Origin: a bacterium
Lineage (GTDB): Bacteria > CLD3 > SB21
Direction: 5' to 3'
NCBI GenBank assembly: GCA_013360215.1
Contig: JABWCP010000002.1
Span: forward strand, 124,001-177,815
Length of the DNA: 53,815 nt
The notes under the pieces were generated by a model. That model ran no database searches and was not told the origin of the DNA. It saw nothing but the letters and a program-made list of their open reading frames with translations. Shown here piece by piece: positions 37,421 through 46,786 of the stretch (positions are counted from its first letter, which is position 1; the number at the start of each line of letters is the position of its first letter). Made by a program: the position numbers and the translations under genes.

Positions 37421-38020
37421 TCATTCCCTGTGATTCGTTAGGTTTTTTAAAATCGAAATCTCCGGAAAACCGGTTGTTGTGATTTGATTTGTATTTAGAG
37501 TAAATTCCAATTCGCGATATTCTTCATCAATGTGAGCTTGATAAGCAATGTACCGATCCGTTAAAAAAAGCACGCGTTGATTGGCTGAACTGCGCCATAA
37601 ACGATTAACGTTTAATTCCCGTTTATATTCTCCGTCCACTAATATATCCAAAGCTTCTAACAAAGACACATAAAAATTACCCTTTGTTCGTATTTCCTCC
37701 ACAGTAAAACCTGAATAACTCATGATGGTCAGATTTTGCTTACGCAAAAGTTGCGCAACTTCGGTAAGGCCTTCTGCATAAGCAAACGGTTCACCGCCGC
37801 TGAATGTTACGCCTTCAATATCGTGAAAACCGTGAGTGGCTTTCGAAATCATCGTTACGAGTTCTTTGGCAGAAACCGTGTTTGTTGATTTTTCAAATGA
37901 TAAGAACTCCGGATTCCAGCAACCCGGGCATCGTTTAGGGCAACCCTGAACCCACACTACGCAACGCTTTCCTGGACCGTTTACCTCAGATACGGGTAAT
38001 ATTTTGGCAACGGAGATCAT
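37421..38020 (-). CDS. NrdG-like radical SAM protein
   Basis: VNGPGKR..VWVQGCPKRCPGCWNP (CxxxCxxC), GVTFSGGEP, DILVDGEY, RSSANQR. Confidence 0.85.
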   Translation of the reverse strand: MISVAKILPVSEVNGPGKRCVVWVQGCPKRCPGCWNPEFLSFEKSTNTVSAKELVTMISKATHGFHDIEGVTFSGGEPFAYAEGLTEVAQLLRKQNLTIMSYSGFTVEEIRTKGNFYVSLLEALDILVDGEYKRELNVNRLWRSSANQRVLFLTDRYIAYQAHIDEEYRELEFTLNTNQITTTGFPEISILKNLTNHRE

Positions 38021-38026
38021 TGCAAT

Positions 38027-38056
38027 AAAAAAAGCTTATTCTCACGAATAAGCTTT
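38027..38056 (-). terminator. intrinsic terminator after nusB
   Basis: Minus strand AAAGCTTATTC-GTGA-GAATAAGCTTT then TTTT. Confidence 0.75.
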
Positions 38057-38078
38057 ATAATATGATTGTTACTATTTC

Positions 38079-38594
38079 TCATGATTCGATAATACCACGG
38101 CCTGTTTTGGTAATACGCCCCACGTTTTTAAGATCTTCATAAATGGAGTCCAAAATACCATTGATAAATTTTGAACTTTTATCCGTGCTATAACGTTTGC
38201 TGATTTCGATCATCTCATTAATAGATACCTTCGGCGGAATGTCTTCAAAAAACAATATTTCACAAAGAGCCATGCGCATCAAAATACGATCAATGAGGGC
38301 TATTCGTTCAAATTCCCAATTTTGAGCTCTTGCTCGGATCAGCATATCCATTTCCGTTTGATGCGCGATAGTTTGTTGCACAAGAGTGTGAATAAATTGC
38401 GTAGCTGGCTCCGTAAAATTATCACAGACATCATCAAACACTCGCTTGATATTGTCTTGAGTCATTTCATAAGCATACAATGCTTTTAAAACCGTTTCCC
38501 GGGCTTCACGGCGACTGTTTTTAGGTGTCGTGTTTTTACCGGGTTTCGCTCCATCATCCGCAAGCAATGGGTTCATACGTTCCAATAATGCCAA
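38079..38594 (-). CDS. nusB: transcription antitermination factor NusB
   Basis: SRREARE..LKALY, NWEFERIALIDR, IPPKVSINE, FINGILD. Start is TTG at 38594 or ATG at 38576. Confidence 0.93.
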   Translation of the reverse strand: MALLERMNPLLADDGAKPGKNTTPKNSRREARETVLKALYAYEMTQDNIKRVFDDVCDNFTEPATQFIHTLVQQTIAHQTEMDMLIRARAQNWEFERIALIDRILMRMALCEILFFEDIPPKVSINEMIEISKRYSTDKSSKFINGILDSIYEDLKNVGRITKTGRGIIES

Positions 38595-38614
38595 AGATCA
38601 AATTATAAATTTAT

Positions 38615-39718
38615 TTATCGTTCTATACGTTTTAAAACCGACTCCGGTTGTGTCACATAATGACATTTGATATGCCCGATTTGACGAATGCGCTCTTCAG
38701 CGATGCGATTGGAAGCTTCATGCGTTGAAATATTCTCTCTTTCGGCAAGCTCCAATATCTTTTTCATAATATCGCAAATGCCTTTAGCTTGTGCCAATGC
38801 TTTTTCCTGATTGTATCCTTCAAGTTCGTTATAAACATTGATAAGCCCTCCGGCATTGATCACATAATCCGGAGCATACGTTATTTTTTTCGCCAAAAGC
38901 ATCGCACCATGTCGGGCCTCATCCTGAAGTTGATTATTGGCCGCTCCGGCGATAATCTTGCATTTCAAGCGCCCGATAGTATCATCATTGATAATCGCAC
39001 CCATCGCACAGGGTGAAAAAACATCAACGTCCGCATCGTATATCTTATCCGAATCAACGTACTCAGCACCGAACTCACTGACCACACGTTTGACGCGTTC
39101 TCCATCCACATCGGTTACGACGAGTTTTGCACCTTCATCATGAAGATGTCGCACCAGATAATATCCGACATGACCCAAACCTTGTACAGCGATTCGTAAA
39201 CCTTTCAACGATTGTGTACCAAAAACTTTTTCTGCGCAAGCTTTGAGACCGCGATACGTTCCTAAAGCCGTTACCGGCGAAGGGTCACCGCTGCCGCCTT
39301 GAGCACGCGATATGCCGGTTACATACCGGGTTTCCATGCGAATCCATTCCATATCCGTTACGCTCGTTCCCACATCTTCGGCCGTGATATAGCGGCCGCC
39401 TAATCCCTGAATAAAACGACCAAATGTACGAAACAAAATTTCGTTCTTATGTTTTTTCGGATCACCGATGATAACGGCCTTACCGCCACCCAGATTCAAT
39501 CCGGCTACGGCCGCTTTGTAGGACATACCGCGAGATAACCGAAGTACGTCATTAAGCGCCTCTTCCGTCGTCGCATAAGGATACATTCGGCAGCCTCCAA
39601 GAGCAGGTCCCAAAGTTGTATCGTGAATCGCTACGATGGCACGAAGGCCGCTTGCTTTATCGCTAAAGAAAACGACTTGTTCGTGTTCCTTTTCTTCTAT
39701 CATTTCAAAAGTGCGCAT
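38615..39718 (-). CDS. Leu/Phe/Val amino-acid dehydrogenase
   Basis: HDTTLGPALGGCRM, MSYKAA..GLNLGGGK, YITAEDVGT, QGLGHVG, GAANNQL, PDYVINAGG. Confidence 0.93.
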   Translation of the reverse strand: MRTFEMIEEKEHEQVVFFSDKASGLRAIVAIHDTTLGPALGGCRMYPYATTEEALNDVLRLSRGMSYKAAVAGLNLGGGKAVIIGDPKKHKNEILFRTFGRFIQGLGGRYITAEDVGTSVTDMEWIRMETRYVTGISRAQGGSGDPSPVTALGTYRGLKACAEKVFGTQSLKGLRIAVQGLGHVGYYLVRHLHDEGAKLVVTDVDGERVKRVVSEFGAEYVDSDKIYDADVDVFSPCAMGAIINDDTIGRLKCKIIAGAANNQLQDEARHGAMLLAKKITYAPDYVINAGGLINVYNELEGYNQEKALAQAKGICDIMKKILELAERENISTHEASNRIAEERIRQIGHIKCHYVTQPESVLKRIER

Positions 39719-39748
39719 GACGTATTCTTTCTTAAATTCCGCGCGAGA

Positions 39749-40888
39749 TTAACCTAAAACATTACGAGCAATTACGACGCGCTGAATTTCGGAAGTGCCT
39801 TCATAGATTTCGGTTATTTTGGCGTCTCGCATAAAACGTTCTACCGGGTATTCTTTGGTGTAACCATAACCACCATGCATTTGTACCGCTTGTGTAGTAA
39901 CCCACATTGCGGTTTCCGATGCAAAAAGCTTCGCCATGGCCGCTTCTTTACCAAACTTCTGACCTTGATCTTTCAGAGTGCATGCGCGGAATAACAATAA
40001 TTTGGCGGCATCAATACGCATGGCCATATCGGCGATTTTAAATTCGTTGGCTTGAAATTTGGCTATCGGTTGCCCAAATTGTTCGCGGGCTTTGGTATAT
40101 TTCACAGTTTCTTCCAATGCCGCTTCCGCAATGCCGATCGCTTGTGCGGCAATACCGATACGACCGCCATCCAAAGTTTCCATGGCGATTTTGAAACCGA
40201 GGCCTTCCTGACCGAGAAGATTTTCTTTGGGTACTTTGCAGTTTTCGAATACGAGTTCTGTCGTATCCGAAGCGCGGATACCCAGTTTATTTTCTTTTTT
40301 ACCGACTTTAAAACCCGGGAATGATTTATCAACGATGAACGCGCTGATGCCTTTGGTCTTGTTGGATTTGTCCGTACGTATAAAACATACCACGTAATCG
40401 GAATGATAACCGTTGGTCACCCATAACTTAGTACCGTTGACGATGTAGTGATCACCTTTATTTTCCGCAAAACAAATCAGACCTGCCGCATCGCTGCCGG
40501 ATACGGCTTCCGAGAGTGAATACGCACCAAGTGCACCGCCCGTTGCTAGCGGTTTTAGATACTTTTCCTTTTGTGCATCGGTTCCGTATTTCTCAATATT
40601 AAAACAAACTAAAGAGTTGTTGACCGATGCGATAACAGCCGCCGAAGCGTCGGCTTTGGCTAATTCCATGATCACATGAACGTACGAAATTGTATCCAAA
40701 CCGGCGCCGCCCCATTTATCATTGACCATCATACCCATGAAGCCAAGTTCGCCCATTTGTTTGATCACATCTTTAGGAAAAAACTGTTTTTCATCACGTT
40801 CGGCAGCATGAGGAGCCAAATGTTCCTGTGCAAAATCGCGGGCCGTCTGGCGAATCATTTCCTGTTCTTCAGAGAGTTTAAAATCCAT
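39749..40888 (-). CDS. acyl-CoA dehydrogenase (short/branched chain)
   Basis: LSEAVSGSDA, NGTKLWVTN, KLGIRAS, LDGGRIGIA, REQFGQPI, HGGYGY, IYEGTSEIQ. Confidence 0.95.
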   Translation of the reverse strand: MDFKLSEEQEMIRQTARDFAQEHLAPHAAERDEKQFFPKDVIKQMGELGFMGMMVNDKWGGAGLDTISYVHVIMELAKADASAAVIASVNNSLVCFNIEKYGTDAQKEKYLKPLATGGALGAYSLSEAVSGSDAAGLICFAENKGDHYIVNGTKLWVTNGYHSDYVVCFIRTDKSNKTKGISAFIVDKSFPGFKVGKKENKLGIRASDTTELVFENCKVPKENLLGQEGLGFKIAMETLDGGRIGIAAQAIGIAEAALEETVKYTKAREQFGQPIAKFQANEFKIADMAMRIDAAKLLLFRACTLKDQGQKFGKEAAMAKLFASETAMWVTTQAVQMHGGYGYTKEYPVERFMRDAKITEIYEGTSEIQRVVIARNVLG

Positions 40889-40938
40889 GACAAGATCCTT
40901 ATCTTAAACGTGTATGATGGTATAGCAATAACGCCGCG

Positions 40939-40967
40939 AATATAGAGAAGCAGTCGAGAATAAGCAA
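40939..40967 (-). promoter_or_regulatory. sigma70-type promoter of acyl-CoA dehydrogenase operon
   Basis: Minus strand TTGCTT-N17-TATATT followed by a GC-rich discriminator. Confidence 0.6.
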
Positions 40968-41001
40968 GAATTTCTTTGCTGCTCCATCGCGCTTCGGCAA
41001 T

Positions 41002-41027
41002 AAAAAAGCCGCCATTTCAGGCGGCTT
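41002..41027 (-). terminator. intrinsic terminator
   Basis: Minus strand AAGCCGCC-TGAAAT-GGCGGCTT-TTTT. Confidence 0.8.
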
Positions 41028-41040
41028 GATGTATAAAAAA

Positions 41041-41553
41041 TCATATTGCCAATTCTTTATCGGCAACCCAATAGTTAAAATGTTTTTGCCAGTATTCCAC
41101 CCATTCTGTCGTGATTTTGGAACCGCGTTGATGCTCATTCCAGATTTGCGCGGCAATTTCATAATTGGTTTTTTGTTCTTTGGTCTTCCATCCCAATTCA
41201 TACGCTTCGCCGGCTAATTTTACACCCGGACGGTTATTTCCGCTTTTGATTTCCAAGCAAGCTTTACGTTGCATGAAGTGCGCCATGTGCTTCGTCGTCG
41301 TATCACCTTTAGCTTGTTCTTCGGCGATCACCTCATCAATACGCTGAATCGCTTGTTTGTAGTCCTGCATCATCTCAAGTGCATCAAATACGCATTCCTG
41401 CGTCAAAAAATAATGCTGTTTGGTATCATCGTGATCTTTGAGATCTTTGACCAGATTCAAAGCCGCATTGTAATACTCAAACGATTTACGATAATCTTTG
41501 GCGACAAAAGCCTCACGGCCTTTATCCATGTGTTGTTTGTACTCCTCATTCAT
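41041..41553 (-). CDS. hypothetical TPR-like helical protein
   Basis: GGGAG RBS, helical repeats (GREAF..KDY..S..YY..AL), own terminator. Confidence 0.7.
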   Translation of the reverse strand: MNEEYKQHMDKGREAFVAKDYRKSFEYYNAALNLVKDLKDHDDTKQHYFLTQECVFDALEMMQDYKQAIQRIDEVIAEEQAKGDTTTKHMAHFMQRKACLEIKSGNNRPGVKLAGEAYELGWKTKEQKTNYEIAAQIWNEHQRGSKITTEWVEYWQKHFNYWVADKELAI

Positions 41554-41647
41554 GGTATCAAACTCCCTGATTCACATAAAAAACATATAGATTAAAAATT
41601 GAGTGATAATGTACAAGAAAAGGAAGGTCGCATGCAAGAACGTATTT

Positions 41648-42340
41648 TTAGTGTTTCAAAAACCGTTCGGCCAGTGCCAGATCCTCGGGCGTCGTGATTT
41701 TTATATTATCATAGTGACCTTCAACGATTTTTACGGCATGACCTAAGCGTTCGATCAGCATAGCTTCATCGGTTCCGTAGTATTTTTCAGCATACGCTTT
41801 ATCGAAGGCACTCCGTAATAACGAATATTGAAATGCTTGCGGTGTCTGTACATTCCACAGAGTATTGCGATCAATAGTACGCGCAACAAAACCATTTGCG
41901 TCTTGTTGTTTGATCGTATCCTTCGGTCTTACAGCCAGTATTGCGGCCGGATATTCGACGGCTATTTCGATAAGCTCATCTATTTTGTCGGCACGTACAC
42001 ACGGACGCACGGCATCGTGAACAAGCACAATATCTGATTCCTTGACCGCTTTTAGGCCTTCGTAAACACTGTCTTGTCGTTCTGCGCCGCCGGGTACTAA
42101 TGTATGAACGCGACTAAAGCCGTACGGGCCGATGATTTCTTCTTGAACAAACGGTATCCACTCATTTTGCAGTACTAATATGACTTCATCCACATAGATC
42201 GCATGATGAAATTTTTCGAGGGTATGTACAAGAATAGGTTTCCCGTGGACTTCCAAAAATTGCTTTTTGGAACCGGCGCCCATACGTTTACCGATGCCGG
42301 CCGCCGGTAATATGGCTGTAACTTTCTTCCCTTTGATCAT
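41648..42340 (-). CDS. ispD: 2-C-methyl-D-erythritol 4-phosphate cytidylyltransferase
   Basis: PAAGIGKRM, KQFL, GGAERQDSV, VHDAVRP, QTPQAF, NIKITTPEDL. ATG at 42340 preferred. Confidence 0.95.
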   Translation of the reverse strand: MIKGKKVTAILPAAGIGKRMGAGSKKQFLEVHGKPILVHTLEKFHHAIYVDEVILVLQNEWIPFVQEEIIGPYGFSRVHTLVPGGAERQDSVYEGLKAVKESDIVLVHDAVRPCVRADKIDELIEIAVEYPAAILAVRPKDTIKQQDANGFVARTIDRNTLWNVQTPQAFQYSLLRSAFDKAYAEKYYGTDEAMLIERLGHAVKIVEGHYDNIKITTPEDLALAERFLKH

Positions 42341-42341
42341 A

Positions 42342-43208
42342 TCATCCTTTAACCGCAACTATATCGCCCATTCGAAATCCTTTTTCGTCGCGGCGTACAC
42401 CGGACATAGCGGTCTCCGGATCATGTTCGAAAAATAATATCCACCGGTTTTCGAATGCGCGAATCAATATGTCCTTTTTTTCCGCTATGGTTACCAAAGG
42501 TTGATTATCATACGCCATCACGTAGGGTACGGCGATATGTGTCGTCGTCGGAATCAAATCACCGCAAAAAAAGACCGTATGCTGCGCATCATGGATAATA
42601 GGAAGTTGCTGATACGGCGAATGCCCATTGGCTATAAAAAAAGTAATATTGGGGAAAATACCGTCGATTTGTTCGATCAATTGCAACTGACCTGATTGGA
42701 CAAGCGGCTCGTAATCCGGTTTCAGAAAGCTGGCACGATCTTTTTCAGATGCTTTTTCACCCCATTCGTAATGTTTTTTTTGAACATAATATTTGGCGTT
42801 GGGAAAAGCGGCGACGATCCGACCTTGTTCATCCATTTTGGTAGAACCGCCCGCATGGTCAAAATGTAAGTGCGTCAGAATGACATCCGTAATATCGTTT
42901 GGCGTGAGATCGTATTTTTGCAACGATCGCTCCAGTGTGTAAACCGAATGATCAATGCGATACATGGAAGCAAATTTTTCATTATATTTATTACCGACAC
43001 CGTTATCTATCAGTATTTTTTTCCCATCATCGGAAACGAGCAATAAACAACGCATTGCCAGCGTAATGCGATTTTGTTCATCGGCCGGATTGGTTTTATT
43101 CCACAGATTTTTAGGCACTACACCAAACATCGCACCGCCGTCTAGTGCAAAACGACCCGTTTCGACCGGATGCAAATGGTACGCTCCTATTTTGGTATCT
43201 ACCTTCAT
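42342..43208 (-). CDS. MBL-fold metallo-hydrolase (YtnP-like)
   Basis: LDGGAMFGVVPK..W, THLHFDHAGG, GHS, GDL, MAYD, FEHDP. Confidence 0.88.
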   Translation of the reverse strand: MKVDTKIGAYHLHPVETGRFALDGGAMFGVVPKNLWNKTNPADEQNRITLAMRCLLLVSDDGKKILIDNGVGNKYNEKFASMYRIDHSVYTLERSLQKYDLTPNDITDVILTHLHFDHAGGSTKMDEQGRIVAAFPNAKYYVQKKHYEWGEKASEKDRASFLKPDYEPLVQSGQLQLIEQIDGIFPNITFFIANGHSPYQQLPIIHDAQHTVFFCGDLIPTTTHIAVPYVMAYDNQPLVTIAEKKDILIRAFENRWILFFEHDPETAMSGVRRDEKGFRMGDIVAVKG

Positions 43209-43741
43209 ACCGTTTCTCCTTCTTGCGTACGAGGTTGTTTATAAATATGACAGGTATTTCGTAAAATACTTTTAGAAATATCGTAGCGCTTATGTTCGTC
43301 CAGTATATTGAATTCGCGGCTCATAAGCCCAAATCCTTCATCATAGCCCACCATAACTGTCGCAGCAAAATTTATCGTTTCCAGCGCCAGTTCGCGCAAA
43401 TGTACACAACCGTCGCTACCGCCGATGCGCCGGCTAATCTCTTTAGTGATACCCCGAGTGACTTGCAGACCGATCAAAAGTTTTGCTTTCTCTGTTACTC
43501 CGGGGCATGCTGAATGCGGATGATTAGCCATTTCCATCTTGGAACTCACGATATACCGAGTGTGCGGATCGATCTGAATATTAAGTCTCAATAAATGATA
43601 CGGGTCTAAAAAAGTCGCTTCTAGCATGACGTTCCCGTTTTCCAGTTCAAACGCGGATATACCAATATCTCTCTTGGATACTAAGCGTTTTACCGGACTC
43701 GGGTCTGCCGGTTTGAATACCGGCGCTATCGTTTCACTCAT
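43205..43741 (-). CDS. DUF2889-like protein
   Basis: HPHSACP...GGSDGCVHLREL...NTCH motifs. Confidence 0.65.
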   Translation of the reverse strand: MSETIAPVFKPADPSPVKRLVSKRDIGISAFELENGNVMLEATFLDPYHLLRLNIQIDPHTRYIVSSKMEMANHPHSACPGVTEKAKLLIGLQVTRGITKEISRRIGGSDGCVHLRELALETINFAATVMVGYDEGFGLMSREFNILDEHKRYDISKSILRNTCHIYKQPRTQEGETV

Positions 43742-43755
43742 AATTACTAATCCTA

Positions 43756-46116
43756 TTACCAGTTAGAATAATTAACTTCACACAATACGGATTCAAAATC
43801 ATTAAAGATGATTTTTTTGGGTTCCAAAGGCAACAACGGCAGATCTATTTCAGATTGCGGACCCTTTACTAATAAACGCATCCGCGCTTTCCGGTTATCG
43901 CCGAAATCAATAGTTATGGGAATAAACATTTGAAAATTTTCACCTGCATTTTCCTGACGAATACGACAGCGTACTTTGAATTTCCCGTTCTCTGTTTGTT
44001 TTGTAGTGTATGCAAATTCATATTTTGGTAAATCTGTCCCATGAATCCATTGATCAAAAAACCATGCCATGTCCGTTCCAACATGCTTTTCGACAATTCT
44101 TTTAAAGTCGTCGGTAGTGGCTTTTTTCCCGTAATACGTCTCAAAATAATCTTTCATCATCGCAAAAAAACGATCCTCGTTCATCGTATTGAGATCGAGC
44201 ATCATGTTGCGTAGCATATGTAATACCCACATACCTTTGCTATAGATGACTAAACCGTAATCGCCGCGCGTAGAGCTTGAAGACGTCCGGTATCCGAGCG
44301 ATATGGGACCGGCCTCTTGTCCGTCAACAAATATACCCTTACGATTTTTAAAAATACGCTCCTTGGTGATATTTAAAAACCGAAAAAATTCTTTATTGTC
44401 CGATAAACTTTGCTGTACGTACAACATACCGCTGTATTCGGCGAAGGCCTCACTCAACCATTGATCGTGATACGTGTCAAAATCAACACCGATCCCCCAC
44501 CACTGATGCGCTACTTCGTGCGCACGTATCCACTCGTCAACGCCATCATCGTCATTGGAGTTGAAAACAGATGCCGAAATATTAACCAACCCGTCATAGG
44601 CTTCGCTATGTGAATAAGAATATTCTGCGGCGACGAGTTTACCTATAGGTAGTGAACCAAATTTCTCTTGAAAAAACATGTAACTATTGGCTACATCCGC
44701 CATGACTTGCTTTTTTACATCTTTGCCGTTGCGGTCATAACGAAACACCATGTGAATATCAGGAATGCGTTCGTCTTTAAAACGAATATCCTTGTAAACG
44801 CCCATATTAAATGTCACATGACGTGTCGGTTGGCGGGTTATCCATTGTACGGTAGTCGTTTTTTTATTTTTTTCTATTTCCCGTTCAGTGCCATGTGAGA
44901 CCAGCATATAGGTGGAAGGATATGTGTACGTAATATCAAAACTGAATCGATCATGGCGCCCGGTAAATCCGGCCGGATACCAATCATCGGTTGCTTTGAA
45001 ATAAACATAATCTCCTTCACGCTCTAAAAACTTTCCATGATAAAAAATTTCGACACGTATCGGTTCTGTTTGTTCGGCAACGGAAGCTGTGTTTATCCAT
45101 ATTGGCGAACTTTCAAAGCGTTCGAATCCGTCATCTTTAGCTACGGGAGCATGAAAAAGAACATGACGCCCATTGATTTTTACAGAATCTACGGACAACC
45201 GATAATATAAGAAAAACCGAATCCAGTTAACCGGATTGTTCAATCGCATGGTCAATTGCGCCGATGTTTGGGATGACAAATTTTCGTTAATCGTCATGCG
45301 CATGTTATAATCGGAGATTTTAAAATCATTTTTACGTTCCGTACGCAAAAAATACGGAACCGAGTTATCCGGAATCATAGGAAATTTACTAACAATCTCC
45401 TGATAAAACCCTTTCCCTTGATTTCGAATGCGGCGACCGAGTGTCACGTGTTCGCCATCGTTAACCGTCGGATCAATTTTATAAATCAAAGGGTCATCAC
45501 GCCATTTCGACAAAATCGTAGTAGATGATCCTAAATCGTTAGCAGATAATGTGGAAAAAACGGATAAAAAAATCCCCTGCTTACGTCGGTTGACAAGGTC
45601 ATTCATTAGCTCCGTATGCTGATCTACATATTCGCCGTATGGATCGGCTAAATATTTAACGGCGGACTCACAATACAGTGCGGCATTTTTTAATTCATCT
45701 TCAGCTAAAGTTACCGGTTCATTCCTATAAATCCATTGATCCGTACTGTCCGTAAAGACAAAAAACAGATTAGTAAATTCTTTGCTGAGCGTTGATGTAC
45801 CCAGAAATCGTGACAGGTTTTTTTGTTCGATATCGCCCGGCGGTGTCAGTTCAAATTCACCGGTACCCAAAAACAGAGCCATGATCGTATTTCCGGAAAA
45901 CGGTTTCGCCGTATAGATGAAGCCGTTTTTTAATACGAACTTTGCACGATCGCGCGTTAAGGTGTAATTAGAAACTTTGTAGGCTTGACTGGTTAGCTCG
46001 GGATGAAGCAGATAATAATTAACGCTGTCGGCTGTTGTCTTTGATACTACATCATTTTGCGCTGACCACAGTGAAGAAAATCCTACATAAAATACGATGA
46101 GAAGTACTCTTAACAT
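43756..46116 (-). CDS. exported M1-family zinc metallopeptidase
   Basis: Signal peptide, AHEVAHQWWG...WLSEAFAEY (HExxH-x18-E), VIYSKG..VLHML, WFFDQW. Confidence 0.88.
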   Translation of the reverse strand: MLRVLLIVFYVGFSSLWSAQNDVVSKTTADSVNYYLLHPELTSQAYKVSNYTLTRDRAKFVLKNGFIYTAKPFSGNTIMALFLGTGEFELTPPGDIEQKNLSRFLGTSTLSKEFTNLFFVFTDSTDQWIYRNEPVTLAEDELKNAALYCESAVKYLADPYGEYVDQHTELMNDLVNRRKQGIFLSVFSTLSANDLGSSTTILSKWRDDPLIYKIDPTVNDGEHVTLGRRIRNQGKGFYQEIVSKFPMIPDNSVPYFLRTERKNDFKISDYNMRMTINENLSSQTSAQLTMRLNNPVNWIRFFLYYRLSVDSVKINGRHVLFHAPVAKDDGFERFESSPIWINTASVAEQTEPIRVEIFYHGKFLEREGDYVYFKATDDWYPAGFTGRHDRFSFDITYTYPSTYMLVSHGTEREIEKNKKTTTVQWITRQPTRHVTFNMGVYKDIRFKDERIPDIHMVFRYDRNGKDVKKQVMADVANSYMFFQEKFGSLPIGKLVAAEYSYSHSEAYDGLVNISASVFNSNDDDGVDEWIRAHEVAHQWWGIGVDFDTYHDQWLSEAFAEYSGMLYVQQSLSDNKEFFRFLNITKERIFKNRKGIFVDGQEAGPISLGYRTSSSSTRGDYGLVIYSKGMWVLHMLRNMMLDLNTMNEDRFFAMMKDYFETYYGKKATTDDFKRIVEKHVGTDMAWFFDQWIHGTDLPKYEFAYTTKQTENGKFKVRCRIRQENAGENFQMFIPITIDFGDNRKARMRLLVKGPQSEIDLPLLPLEPKKIIFNDFESVLCEVNYSNW

Positions 46117-46140
46117 TGTTCCCTCAAACGTTGTTAAAAA

Positions 46141-46785
46141 TTAGGCCATAAGGCCGTTATGATCAAAAAAAGGATTAAATTTTTTTTCAAAACCTACTGT
46201 TGTTTCCGGCCCGTGCCCCGGATATACCGTCGTCTCCTCAGGAAGTGTAAAAATATTCTGGCGAATTGAGTTGATCAGCGTGTCAAAATCGCCTCCGGGC
46301 AAATCCGTTCGCCCGATGGAACCGTTAAAGAGCACGTCCCCGGCGATGAGTATGTGTTGCGCCGCAAAATAGAAACAAACACTGCCCGGAGAGTGGCCGG
46401 GTGCATGAAAAATCTTAAAGGATAAATCACCAAGCCGCATATCCGCCGGAGGGTTAAAATAAAAATCGATATCGGGTACGCGTCCGACTTTCAGACCAAA
46501 CATAGCCGCTGATTGGGGCATACGCTTGAGCACGATCTCATCTTCACGATGCAGATAAAACGGAATACCGAAATGGTCTTTGAGGCTTTGTACGGCACCG
46601 ACGTGATCAATGTGAGCATGAGTATTGATGATATACTTAAAACGAAGGCCTGTATTTTCCATAGCCGTGATAATACGCGGCGCTTCATCGCCCGGATCAA
46701 TGACGGCGCCTTCGCGCGTTGCGGGATCGCCGATGATATAACAGTTTTCCTGAAAAGGGCCGACGGTGAGCGATTGGAGGATCAT
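46141..46785 (-). CDS. MBL-fold hydrolase (glyoxalase II / YcbL-like)
   Basis: GPFQENCY, THAHIDHVG, PGHSPG, GDVLF.GSIGRTDLPGG, PGHGP.T. Confidence 0.9.
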   Translation of the reverse strand: MILQSLTVGPFQENCYIIGDPATREGAVIDPGDEAPRIITAMENTGLRFKYIINTHAHIDHVGAVQSLKDHFGIPFYLHREDEIVLKRMPQSAAMFGLKVGRVPDIDFYFNPPADMRLGDLSFKIFHAPGHSPGSVCFYFAAQHILIAGDVLFNGSIGRTDLPGGDFDTLINSIRQNIFTLPEETTVYPGHGPETTVGFEKKFNPFFDHNGLMA

Positions 46786-46786
46786 G

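Noticed and set aside
40899..41201. 100-aa minus-strand ORF
   Set aside because: It overlaps the 41041-41553 gene in another frame and runs through a terminator and a promoter.
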